Below, one piece after another: positions 10,167-19,650 of a stretch of 50,601 nucleotides of DNA; the first letter of the stretch is position 1; each line of letters begins with the position of its first letter. The stretch is from Candidatus Micrarchaeota archaeon (GTDB lineage Archaea; Micrarchaeota; Micrarchaeia; Micrarchaeales; CABMGC01), in contig JAJZYR010000005.1 in the NCBI GenBank assembly GCA_021797995.1, positions 1 through 50,601 of the forward strand. Reading direction: 5' to 3'. A program made the translations under genes and the position numbers. Under the pieces are notes generated by a model. That model ran no database searches, was not told the origin of the DNA, and was given only the letters and a program-made list of their open reading frames with translations.

Positions 10167-11081
10167 TTAGGGCTCAAATTTTCCTAACTGTCCTTTCAGT
10201 CCTTTCAACGTTGCCAATATATATATATGAATAAGTGTAGGAAGATCAGAAAGCCCTTTTGCCAAAAGGTATCGCCTATAGAAGAAAATCACTCCGAACA
10301 GGTATTCGAAAATCGGCAATTGTCCATTTTTAATTAAATAAGCCGAATTTCTTGTGAAGTAGAACAAACGCAATTTATTTTCATAATGGATTATCTTTCC
10401 ACCCATTCTTTTTTCACTTCCTAGTTTATGCTTAACAAATTTTTTTCTTGTTTCCAAAATAAGATAGCCTGCTTTTTTTATTCGACTAGAATATTCACGA
10501 TCTACCTGATCAATAAATAGTTTATTCATGAACTTGAATTTATGTGCTATTTCTGACTTTATCAGCATACCGCTTTGAATCGCACATTTAACTGGTAAAA
10601 AATTTTTGTAAGAACCTTTGCGGCGCTCATATTCTGATTTATCTAAAGTTATCTGATTAAAAACAAATCTATCAATCTTTCTTTTGCCGAATTTTACATG
10701 ATTTAAGCGAATTATTGCTGTTTTATCCTCTATTTGTCTATTAAGCTTTTTGTAGTTTTCAAGTGTTGTTTTTATGGCATCTTTATTAACAATTGTATCT
10801 TGGTCTAAAGTTAAAATCCAACTACAACCACCATTTAGCTCTTTAGTACCTATATTCAACCCTTTGGCTAGCCCGACATTTTGCTTAAGTCCCATAAATT
10901 TTATTTTAAAACTGTGATTATCGTTTTTGAGCGCTAACAGGACTTCTTTAATGTTAATGGACCCGTTATCTATAACTACCAACTTATTTATTTGATTGTC
11001 TAAACTATATACGACCTTCTCAAATCTTCTTACATCTGGATTATACGTAACAATTATTCCACCAATCTTGCAATGAGTCAT
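10167..11081 (-). CDS. GT2 rhamnosyltransferase
   Basis: IVTYNPD, IDNGS, N.GLAKGLN.G, LDQD, LFIDQVD, RLFYFTRN. Confidence 0.85.
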   Translation of the reverse strand: MTHCKIGGIIVTYNPDVRRFEKVVYSLDNQINKLVVIDNGSINIKEVLLALKNDNHSFKIKFMGLKQNVGLAKGLNIGTKELNGGCSWILTLDQDTIVNKDAIKTTLENYKKLNRQIEDKTAIIRLNHVKFGKRKIDRFVFNQITLDKSEYERRKGSYKNFLPVKCAIQSGMLIKSEIAHKFKFMNKLFIDQVDREYSSRIKKAGYLILETRKKFVKHKLGSEKRMGGKIIHYENKLRLFYFTRNSAYLIKNGQLPIFEYLFGVIFFYRRYLLAKGLSDLPTLIHIYILATLKGLKGQLGKFEP

Positions 11082-12064
11082 TTTATCGCTATGTTTGATT
11101 TTTTGTATAATCGTTGCACATCTTTTATCGCTTTTAAGCTTAATAACAATCTAGTAAAAGGTTTTTCTTTAAGCCAGATATTTGATAGTTTTCTTTTTCT
11201 ATCTGGTCCTTCTATACTAGGTATAGCCCCTAAGAAAAAGATAAAAATGGCCTTAAGTCTATTTAACCCGCCAAATTGCTTCAGAGATTTATATTTATGC
11301 ACAAAGTACCAGAAATTAACTTGACCGTGATAAAAACTTTCGAGTCTAATCTTATAAAATTTTGAATTTGTACTAGTAAAACCTTCTAAATGTATTAATT
11401 TCACATTACCCGCATAATATACTTTAAACCCGCTTACTCTGGCTCTAATGTTATAATCTACATCTTCAAAGCCCATAAAGAAGTTTTCGTCTAGTAGACC
11501 TACCTTTTCTATCGTTTTCTTTTTTATTAACGCTGCAGCAAAAGTAACTCCCTCCACTTCTTTTATATAATCAAATTGTAAATAATCTTCTTGCCTTCTT
11601 CCTACGTTCCTAGCCCCATAATAGCCTAGCTCTATGCCAGCATGCTGTATCCTTCCAGTAGGATAAACTAGTTTGCAACCCACAATTCCTATTTTTGAAT
11701 CTGATTCAGCTACTTCTAATAGTTTGTTAAGCCATGAATCATCAGTTATTATTATATCATTATTTAGCAACACTATGTAATCAGGCTTATATTTTTGCAT
11801 TGCGTACTTTATCGTTTTATTGTTGTTTTTTGAAAATCCACCGTTTGAATCATTTACCACAATGTCAATATACGGAAAGTTTTTCTTAACATACTCAATA
11901 CTCCTATCTGTTGATTTATCATCAGCCATTATGATCTTATAATTTTGATATTTGGTCTTCATCAGGCTCGAGAAAACATCCCATAAAATATTGTGCTTTT
12001 TGTAAAAGTATGATGCTCCGTTGTAATTTGAAACTATTATAACAACAAGAGGGAAACCTTTCAT
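11078..12064 (-). CDS. GT2 glycosyltransferase, paralogue of 5428-6435
   Basis: SNYNG, LLNND, IVGCKLVYP, FEDVDY, HLEGFTS. Confidence 0.85.
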   Translation of the reverse strand: MKGFPLVVIIVSNYNGASYFYKKHNILWDVFSSLMKTKYQNYKIIMADDKSTDRSIEYVKKNFPYIDIVVNDSNGGFSKNNNKTIKYAMQKYKPDYIVLLNNDIIITDDSWLNKLLEVAESDSKIGIVGCKLVYPTGRIQHAGIELGYYGARNVGRRQEDYLQFDYIKEVEGVTFAAALIKKKTIEKVGLLDENFFMGFEDVDYNIRARVSGFKVYYAGNVKLIHLEGFTSTNSKFYKIRLESFYHGQVNFWYFVHKYKSLKQFGGLNRLKAIFIFFLGAIPSIEGPDRKRKLSNIWLKEKPFTRLLLSLKAIKDVQRLYKKSNIAIK

Positions 12065-12118
12065 TTTAATACCCCTTTTATTTTCATAGTTGTATCATTG
12101 GCTATCTTATCTTTATTA

Positions 12119-13375
12119 ACTTAAGTTCGCCACTTTGGGCAGTGAAGTCTCTAACCTTTTGATCTAACCTGATTCGCCAAATCGAATTTTACCAGCGCAG
12201 ATTGAGGTTTTTATCCCCATATCTTAAGGGAAAATCCCCTAAAATTGCCTCAATTGGGGGCGAAAGATTGCTCACGACCCTGATTCTGAACCCGTTTCGG
12301 GGATAAATGACCGTAAGTGTCAAATTTCCGAGGTATTTTTTGAGTAACTTGAAATTCTTGACGTCAGGGTTCTTGCACAATTTTTCTGTCAAATTTATTA
12401 TGGCTGATGCGAGGAAACAGACGAACAACGCCCCTATAATTGCATCTCTGTTCCAGTGGCGTATTGGGCGCAGCTCACCTCCTTCCTTCATGCACCTTAT
12501 GAACTTCTCCGCAACATCTCTTTGCTTGTACAGTTCAAGGACTATCTTCGGATCTACGTCAAGAGAACTTTCAAGAATGAAGAACCCCTCGATACCAGTT
12601 ATGTATGGGTTTTCGATATTCGAGATGGTTTGCTGTATCTCAGGATAAAGCCCGATCCATCCCTCCTTTGAAGGGAACGTTTGAACTGCCTTGTGTTTCC
12701 TTGCCTTCTTTGCCAGTTCGCCTCCTTTCTTCAATCTCCTTTGAAACTTCAACTCCTTCTTTCGCAATTGATCCTTACAGAGTTCCTTTGAGAAGAAGAT
12801 GTAGAGGAATTCGTTGTCTCTTTTGTCCGATGCCCTCTTCACTGCGAGATACTCCTCTTTCACGACGTTTGGTGCTTCTCCTCGTTCGATCGTAATCTCT
12901 TGGCATTCCTTCTCGAAGTTCTTTATGTGATTCTTGTACGTCCTTACCTTTTTCGCCTTCAAGGTTAGGTAGTTGTACCCATTGCTGATAATCTTATCTT
13001 TTACCCACGGTGAATTGCCGCCGCAATCGAACATGATGAGAGACCCTTTTTCGAGGATTCGCAGCGACACTTTCAACATCTCCCTCATATGCAGTTTATC
13101 CTGTAGATTGCCTCTTTGTATCGTCAGCGCAGTGGGAATGCCACTGACACCGGTGGTTATACCCCATGTAACCTGCTTTTTGTCAGGCCTGTGGTCTCTG
13201 GAGTATCCATGTTCCGCCAGTTCGGCCTTTTTCCCTTCGAAATACGATGAAGAGAAGTCAGTGATCTGATCATTGTCAACCAATCCCTTTTCAGAGATAA
13301 TGTTCTGGTATTTTTCCATCAGTATCGGAAATAGTCTACTTATCTTCTGGATGTCTCGGTAAAGAGATCTTTCGG
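12119..13375 (-). mobile_element. IS1634-family transposase, 5'-truncated by an IS66 end
   Basis: DFSSSYFEG, GYSRDHRPDKKQV, FDCG, LYKQRDVAEKFIR, LRPIRHW; frame continues upstream of 13319 (ERSLYRDIQK) up to the IS66 TIR. Confidence 0.85.
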
Positions 13376-14207
13376 GTAGCTGTTTAGAGTTTTGAAGTGC
13401 CCAACGACAACTTATTCTCGAGGTACTCTTTGCCCCAAGTAAGGAAGTTATGGTCTCTCATCTTACACGTCTGAAGAGTTGTAAGCAGTACTGGCATTGT
13501 GACTATGCCGTTGTCTCCCCTACTCCCATAAGAGTTCTTCCGCATTACAACTGTTGGTCTTATTGCTCTTTCCGCAACATTATTGTCTGATGTGACGCCA
13601 TCTTTGATCAGGAATGTGAACATATTTCTTGCATGTCTCCTGAGTCTCTTTATCAGTCTCTTGCAGTCGGAATCTTTCCAACCTTCATTGCATAATGCAA
13701 TGACTCTGTCTTCTAGGTGCCCCTTTCGTGTTTCTAGCACGGATAGACGTTTCTCCCTTTCTTTCAGTCGTTTGCCGTCATCAAGTATCCTCTTGAGCTT
13801 CTTTTTGAAGACAAGGAATTCACCTCCACTGCATTTTCCCTTTGCAGTCTCCTTCAAGTCTCTGCGAAGATGGACGTCGCATTTCTGCCAACTACTTCCG
13901 GCGTAATTGTATGCCCCTAAGAAGTCGCTGCCTACGGTACCTCTGTAGTCTTTGCCCAACACCCTCTTTGGTATCTTCTTGCCCCTGCTATCTTCGATAG
14001 TGTAGAATGTCGTCCATTTTCCCACGAAAGCCCACAGCCACCAGTTTTTCCCGTTCTTTCTCCAACTCGTCTCGTCTCCATTAACATACGGGCTCTTTCT
14101 CAGATCTTCTCTGAGTTCATCGTAATATTCTCCAAACTCACCTGCCAGAGAGTCCAACATCTGTGGCAATGCACCCTTTGACAAATCTAAACCATACGCA
14201 ATCCGAA
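13376..14207 (-). mobile_element. IS66-family transposase (TnpC), 5'-truncated, with its downstream TIR
   Basis: GDETSW, WLWAF, SRG, SDFLGAY, QKC.VHLRR, DNNVAERAIR; TIR GTAGCTGTTTAGAGTTTTGAAGTGC at 13376-13400. Confidence 0.88.
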
Positions 14208-14301
14208 GTATCTGTTTAGAGTTTTACAGTAATCGACGTCAAAACTTTTCTAACAAAGTTTTAGTCTACGACGACAGCACTTCAAAACTCTAAACTATTA
14301 C
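14208..14301. mobile_element. 94-bp IS66-type MITE
   Basis: Ends GTATCTGTTTAGAGTTTT (14208-14225) and inverted GCACTTCAAAACTCTAAACTATTAC (14277-14301); the latter is 22/25 identical to the IS66 TIR; internal palindrome AAAACTTT..AAAGTTTT. Confidence 0.7.
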
Positions 14302-14384
14302 CATAAATCTTCTTTTCGTTGGTCTATCACGACCAGTATGGATCTTCAGGAAGACTCCCAACAACTAAAGAAATTGGTACTTGC

Positions 14385-15497
14385 TCAATAATGTGTGGTA
14401 TTATTACTTTTGCGGTTTGCTATAAGTACCTTTTTGTATACTACAAACGTTTCCCTTGCACATCTTTCCCATGTGAAACTTCTTGCATATTCCGTTGCCG
14501 CCTTTCTCAACTTTTCCTTGTAGCCCTTTTTCTTCAAGTTTTCTATTATCTGCGCCATGCGCTCCGGGCTCTCTGCCTCGAAGCAGTATTTCCTGACTTC
14601 CTTTGGGATCTTTCCGTATTTATAGATTATCACAGGGAGGCCGCGGGCCTGGGCCTCGAGGATCGGATAACCAAGACCTTCGTACAGGCTCGGAAACGCG
14701 AAGGCGTTGAAGCTGTCGTAGGCTTTTATCTTGGCGTCTTCGTCGAGGTGGCCTCTCAACTTGACATTGCCAAGGGCGTTGTCCTGCCTGAACTTATCCA
14801 GGATACCTTTGTCAGCACCTGTCCCGTATATCGCAAAGCGGTACTCGGGCTTTGATTCCAATGCCTTTGCAGCCTGCAGTATGAATAAGACGTTCTTGTG
14901 CTTCATCAGGGCGCCAATATAGCCTGTTGTAAAATATCCATTCTCTTTCTTCTTCTGCAGAGGAGTGCTGATAATCGCGTCATTCGTACCGTGCGATACG
15001 ACTTTTACACTAGCCCTCTGCCCGAAATGCGCGATAATCGTTGCGCACGTCTGTGTGGAGTTGCAGAGCAGGAAGTCAGAGTAGCCCACGGCGTCGCTGA
15101 CGCTTCCCTGCACCATGTGGTTGTAAATCATCTGCGCGAGGCCGCGGTGAAGGCCTTTCTCGAACCGGGAAAGGTCGTGTATTGTAGTTATTACCCTGGC
15201 CTTGTTTCCGAATTTTTTCAATATTTTTGCTGCAAAGCCGAGTTCGTGGTCGAGGATGTGTATGATATCGTATTCCTGCGTCGGTATCGAGGCTATCCTC
15301 CTCTTGAAGGAAGTATTGGATATGAGCAGGCCGCGGACGTTGTTCCTCTCGGACTTGGAGAGCGCATAGAGTACGCCTATCGAATCGCTCTCGGAAAGAA
15401 GCGGCTTTAGATGCCTTGCCAGTTGATAGGCGTATTCGGTAAGGCCGCTCCCGCTTCCCCTATACGGCATTGTGTTGTTTATTAGGAGAATCTTCAT
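14385..15497 (-). CDS. GT4 glycosyltransferase
   Basis: TIHDL, KNV, FPSLYEGLGYPILEAQARGLPVI, FTWERCA. Confidence 0.9.
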   Translation of the reverse strand: MKILLINNTMPYRGSGSGLTEYAYQLARHLKPLLSESDSIGVLYALSKSERNNVRGLLISNTSFKRRIASIPTQEYDIIHILDHELGFAAKILKKFGNKARVITTIHDLSRFEKGLHRGLAQMIYNHMVQGSVSDAVGYSDFLLCNSTQTCATIIAHFGQRASVKVVSHGTNDAIISTPLQKKKENGYFTTGYIGALMKHKNVLFILQAAKALESKPEYRFAIYGTGADKGILDKFRQDNALGNVKLRGHLDEDAKIKAYDSFNAFAFPSLYEGLGYPILEAQARGLPVIIYKYGKIPKEVRKYCFEAESPERMAQIIENLKKKGYKEKLRKAATEYARSFTWERCARETFVVYKKVLIANRKSNNTTHY

Positions 15498-15616
15498 CGT
15501 ATACTGGAGAGTATTTGTTAGTTGGCTTTTAAAGTCTTATGCGTATGCAGGGGTCGGGCAAAGCCAGGCAGAGGCCATCGCATTCATTAAATGCATAATG
15601 CGCTTAAGTTTCTAAC

Positions 15617-15795
15617 ATGGAGAGGCCAAGGTTCCTTATCACGGGCAGTGCGGGATTCGTAGGCAGGCACATGATTGCGGAGGCAGTGCGGAACGGCTAT
15701 GAGGTGGTAGTGCCAGACATAAAGGAGAACAACAGCGCAGGGATGGAGTTTGTAAGGGCTGACATCCGGGACAGGGCAGAGGTCGCAAGGAGCAT
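15617..15795 (+). pseudogene. 5' stub of an NAD-dependent epimerase
   Basis: MERPRFLITGSAGFVGRH...ADIRD; similarity ends after about 58 codons. Confidence 0.75.
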
Positions 15796-15806
15796 CATGC
15801 CGCCGC

Positions 15807-15929
15807 TCACTTCCTCCAGTATTCTACCATCTTGTCAAGCCCTTCCGACAAAGAATATTCCGGCTCCCAGTCCAGCAGCTCCTTCGCTTTTGAGCTGTTG
15901 CCTATGAGTACCTTTGCGTCAAGTGGCCG
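15807..15929 (-). pseudogene. 3' stub of an NAD-dependent epimerase/dehydratase
   Basis: Hand translation RPLDAKVLIGNSSKAKELLDWEPEYSLSEGLDKMVEYWRK* is a classic extended-SDR C-terminus; no start. Confidence 0.75.
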
Positions 15930-15996
15930 CGGCGGGGAGCTGTGCCAGGTCCGCAGTTCAAATGCCTATATATATTTACCTATATATAATATCTGC

Positions 15997-16605
15997 ATGA
16001 CTGTTTACAAGCAGACTCTTCTCCGCGAAGACGCATATAACCAGCTCGTTGCAGCAAAGGAGAGGCTGCGCTCGCTGTATGGAAGAAGGATAACGCTCAG
16101 TGACGCCATAAACCTCATGATAGGCAGGAGGCTCAACCTTCTCTACCTGCCTAAGGAGATGCAGGAGTACATCTCAGGGTTCGTGAAGATCGCCTCGGAA
16201 GACAGGCAAGTCCTGGGGGTTCTGCTCTTCGGGTCCGTGGCGAAGGGCACCTACGGCAAGTACAGCGACATAGACCTGCTCGTGATGGTAAGGGGAAGGG
16301 CCAAGGAGCACCTGCAGCCGGTGCACGAGATGGTGCAGTCTGCAAACCCGCTTGCGGACAAGTTGGCTGATACGGGAATATACTCTTACATAACGCCCAT
16401 AGTGCTCGGCAGCGATAATTCCGGAAGGTTCTCGCCACTGTACGCAGCGTTTGTTGACGAGGGCATAACGCTCTTTGACAGGGACGGCGCGCTTGCCGGA
16501 TTCCTCTCTGATGTGAGCAGGATGGGATATACCAGGGAGGAGTTGGCAGGGGCAATGGTAATAAGGTGGAAGCATGGAGGCAGAGGAGATACTGAGAAGC
16601 TCTGA
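15997..16605 (+). CDS. minimal nucleotidyltransferase (MNT) with an N-terminal antitoxin-like DNA-binding segment
   Basis: LLFGSVAKG..SDIDLLV; ATG 15997 follows TATA-rich DNA; N-terminus MTVYKQTLLREDAYNQL..TLSDAI looks RHH-like. Confidence 0.85.
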   Translation: MTVYKQTLLREDAYNQLVAAKERLRSLYGRRITLSDAINLMIGRRLNLLYLPKEMQEYISGFVKIASEDRQVLGVLLFGSVAKGTYGKYSDIDLLVMVRGRAKEHLQPVHEMVQSANPLADKLADTGIYSYITPIVLGSDNSGRFSPLYAAFVDEGITLFDRDGALAGFLSDVSRMGYTREELAGAMVIRWKHGGRGDTEKL

Positions 16606-16981
16606 GATGTGGCTCCGGACGTGCGACGCAAGCAGGAAGGCCGGGATTCCGGCCTCTGCGCTCTACAGCCTCGAGATGTCCGTGGAGATGGCGCTGAAGG
16701 CGGTGCTCTGCGGCCTGGGCATAGAGGTGCCGAAGGCACACAATGTCACGAACCAGATAAGGGAGGTTGCGAGGCATGATGCGCGGATTCCAAAGGAATT
16801 CAGGGAGAGGATGGATAAGATCGCCAGTACGTTCTCAACGCTGGTTGAGTACCGGGCACCATCCGGATACTCCTTCGAGTACAATCTCTCGGATGAGGAA
16901 TTGGAAAGAAAGCTTGACAGCCTGTATGACGACTCTAAGGAGATAATTGAACTCTGCAGGAGGGCGGTTGCGTCTTTATAG
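16574..16981 (+). CDS. HEPN domain protein, MNT partner
   Basis: EMSVEMALKAVL, PKAHNV, RAPSGY (Rx4Y); overlaps the MNT gene. Confidence 0.85.
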   Translation: MEAEEILRSSEMWLRTCDASRKAGIPASALYSLEMSVEMALKAVLCGLGIEVPKAHNVTNQIREVARHDARIPKEFRERMDKIASTFSTLVEYRAPSGYSFEYNLSDEELERKLDSLYDDSKEIIELCRRAVASL

Positions 16982-16991
16982 GGTTGAGGCA

Positions 16992-17111
16992 GTGGAGTTT
17001 CTCGACCGTCTGCTGAACCGAAGGCGCACCGGATGCGTAAATGGAGAAAGCGGAAGCAGGATAGAGATCTACGGGTACGGAAATGGGAAGGTCATGAAGT
17101 TCAACGGAATC
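16992..17111 (+). repeat. 5' stub 1 (about 40 codons) of the spermidine-synthase-like gene at 20451
   Basis: GTGGAGTTTCTCGACCGTCTGCTGAACCG...AAGTTCAACGGA; about 85% identical to 20451-20570 by hand count, no indels. Confidence 0.95.
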
Positions 17112-17298
17112 GAAAAGTCGTCGGAACAGGAACATGCCCAGCAGACGCAGGGGAAGCCAGCAGCTTTTAGCCATTTGGGGATGCTGCTTCTTACTATGCA
17201 CTGGCTGCTCCGTCCTGTGCCTATAATTATTGAAACTTGTTTAATAAAGATGCGATAGATATTTAAATAGGTTAAACGATAATTGTTAGTTGCTTGCC

Positions 17299-18591
17299 AT
17301 GGACAGAATCATAACAAGGGATCTTCTGGAGACGGTGTCAAGGCACCTTGACGATGAGAAGATAATAGGCGTGCGGGGACCGAGGCAGTCTGGCAAGAGC
17401 ACGCTGCTGAAGCTAGTAAAGCAGAGGCTGATTGAGAGGGGGGTTCCTGAGAAGAGCATAACGCTTCTCACGTTCGAAGACCCGGGCGTACTCGACGACT
17501 TCGTCAAGGACCCTGTGCGAATGCTCAAGAGCTACGTTGCCGGGGACTCAAGGCACTACTTTCTGCTCGACGAGGTGCAGTATGACAAGGGTGCAGGAAA
17601 GCGCCTTAAACTCGTCTTCGACACTATGGAGGGGGTAAAACTCATTGTAACGGGATCGTCGTCTCTTGACATCGCTCAGGTCTCCAAGTTTCTTGTAGGG
17701 AGGATGCTCATGTACGAGCTCTATCCGCTGAGCTTCGGAGAGTATCTCAGATACGAGGACGAGAGGCTCTACAGGATCTTCATGGAGAATAATGAAGGGG
17801 TGTGTGCGGTGCTTGCTGGAAAGGCGGTAGAGCTGGAACTGGATGGAACCTCGCTTGGGGAGATAAATTCGCACTTTATGAAGTACATAACCTACGGCGG
17901 CTACCCTGATGTTGCAAGGCATGCGAATAACACAGATAAGATGGAACTGCTGAAGAACATATACACGACATATGTGGGCAAGGACATAGCCACACTCTTT
18001 GGCATAGACGACACGATGAAGCTGAGGAGGGTTCTGATAATTCTTGCCTCGCAGATAGGATCGCTTGCAAATTACAATGACCTGGCAAACAATACAGGCA
18101 CGTACTACAAGGAACTAATGCGGTACATGGGAGTTCTGGAGGAGACCTACATCATAAACCAGCTGAGGCCTTTTCATAAGAACATGAAGACCGAGCTGAG
18201 AAAGAATCCGAAGATCTATATGCTTGACCTAGGTATGAGAAATTATCTTGTGAATAACTTTAATGACCTTGAAAGGCGGGAAGATGCGGGCCACATAGTC
18301 GAGAACTTTGCCTTCTCAGAGCTGTTCAGGAACCTTGAACCAAACCGCTCCCTTTATTTCTGGAGAACCCTTACCAAAGCTGAGGTTGATTTCATATTGT
18401 GGGACCAGAACGCCGCGATCCCAATTGAGATAAAGTTTTCGGGCTTTAGGAACGCAGAGATAACTAGGGGCATGAGAAGCTTTATCTCCGAGTATAAGCC
18501 GCGTGTGGCCGTAGTGGCGACGCGTGATTTTATAAAGGAGGTCAAGATAGACTCGACCGCAGTCTTCTTCGTTCCTGTTGCTTTTCTATGA
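17299..18591 (+). CDS. AAA+ ATPase, AAA_14 plus DUF4143 (C-terminal PD-(D/E)xK-like)
   Basis: GPRQSGKST, LLDEVQ, VTGSSS, GGYP, KIYMLDLG, EVDF..PIEIK. Confidence 0.9.
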   Translation: MDRIITRDLLETVSRHLDDEKIIGVRGPRQSGKSTLLKLVKQRLIERGVPEKSITLLTFEDPGVLDDFVKDPVRMLKSYVAGDSRHYFLLDEVQYDKGAGKRLKLVFDTMEGVKLIVTGSSSLDIAQVSKFLVGRMLMYELYPLSFGEYLRYEDERLYRIFMENNEGVCAVLAGKAVELELDGTSLGEINSHFMKYITYGGYPDVARHANNTDKMELLKNIYTTYVGKDIATLFGIDDTMKLRRVLIILASQIGSLANYNDLANNTGTYYKELMRYMGVLEETYIINQLRPFHKNMKTELRKNPKIYMLDLGMRNYLVNNFNDLERREDAGHIVENFAFSELFRNLEPNRSLYFWRTLTKAEVDFILWDQNAAIPIEIKFSGFRNAEITRGMRSFISEYKPRVAVVATRDFIKEVKIDSTAVFFVPVAFL

Positions 18592-18627
18592 GGTGCGTAG
18601 TGCAATATGCTTTGTAGGTCTGGCTAG

Positions 18628-18806
18628 ATGGGATCCCTTGACCGACTGCTGAACAGGAAGCGCGTAGGATACGTAAATGGGGAAAGCGGAGGCAGGATAG
18701 AGATCTACGGGTACGGAAACGGGAAGGTCATGAAGTTCAACGGAACCGTGTACCCGGGGGTCAGCAAGGACAGCACATGCACGCACGAGTACTGGGACTG
18801 CTTCTT
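18628..18806 (+). repeat. 5' stub 2 (about 59 codons) of the spermidine-synthase-like gene at 20451
   Basis: MGSLDRLLNRK...THEYWDCF; about 86% identical to 20451-20627 by hand count, no indels. Confidence 0.95.
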
Positions 18807-18837
18807 GTGGGTATGCCGGAAGTGTGGTCTCTGATAA

Positions 18838-18870
18838 ATAACTATAAATAGTTATCGTTTTAGTAACTAT
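18838..18870. promoter_or_regulatory. palindromic operator/promoter upstream of abiEi
   Basis: ATAACTAT-AA-ATAGTTAT (18838-18855) overlapping a TATA-like box; extra half-site GTAACTAT at 18863-18870. Confidence 0.6.
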
Positions 18871-18873
18871 TCT

Positions 18874-19650
18874 ATGACAAAGAACAGTATGCCCGGGCAG
18901 AGCATGACCCCGACAGAGCAGAAGGTATACTTCGCGCTCTCAGGATCCGGTGGCATGCTCTTCGACATCGCGCAGATCAGAAGCTACGGTCTCTGCGGCG
19001 AGGGCATGCTGAGGAGGGCGCTCTCATCGCTCGTCGCGAAGGGCAGAATGACAAGGATAAAGAAGGGCCTCTACCTCATCGGCGACACCGACCCGTTTAT
19101 TGCAGGACCATACATGTTCAATGGCTACCTGGCATTTTCCTCGGCGCTGTATGTCTACAGGGCCTTCGATGAGAGACCTTCCCTTATATACGTGGCGAAT
19201 GCATCTTCGTCTGCCACGCGGATCCTGGGGGGCATGGAGATAAAGGGGGTTGCGCTGCATAGGCGGGCGCTCGGCATGACGCGCCATGAAGGCTATATCG
19301 TATCGACAAAGGCGAAGACGGTGTATGACAGCCTCTACCTGCCCGAAGACGCGGGTGGGTATGGCAAGGTGTTGCGCGGCATTGCGATGCTTGGCATGGG
19401 CAGGCAGGACTGGGATGAGTTCCTCTCTTACGTGAAGAGGTTTGAGGGGGCATCTTTCAGAAGAAAGGCAGGGTATCTCTTTTCGGTACTGAACACCGCC
19501 GGCGCGTTCGTGCCGCGCCGTGTCATAGACAGCCTGAGATGCCAGGGGGGCGTTACGAGGCTCGGGCAGGGAAGGAAGGGCAGCTATGTTAGGGAGTGGA
19601 ATCTGGTCGACTATGTCGGCAAGGAGGCCCTCATGGGGTGGGTGCAGTGA
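18874..19650 (+). CDS. type IV TA antitoxin, AbiEi-like (wHTH)
   Basis: LSSLVAKG..RIKKGLY, YLAFSSAL, STKAKTVYD; coupled to an AbiEii gene. Confidence 0.8.
   Translation: MTKNSMPGQSMTPTEQKVYFALSGSGGMLFDIAQIRSYGLCGEGMLRRALSSLVAKGRMTRIKKGLYLIGDTDPFIAGPYMFNGYLAFSSALYVYRAFDERPSLIYVANASSSATRILGGMEIKGVALHRRALGMTRHEGYIVSTKAKTVYDSLYLPEDAGGYGKVLRGIAMLGMGRQDWDEFLSYVKRFEGASFRRKAGYLFSVLNTAGAFVPRRVIDSLRCQGGVTRLGQGRKGSYVREWNLVDYVGKEALMGWVQ

Noticed and set aside
16947-17258. 103-aa ORF, and the 68-aa ORF at 18628, as independent genes
   Set aside because: They are the anchor-gene stubs reading through into unrelated sequence.
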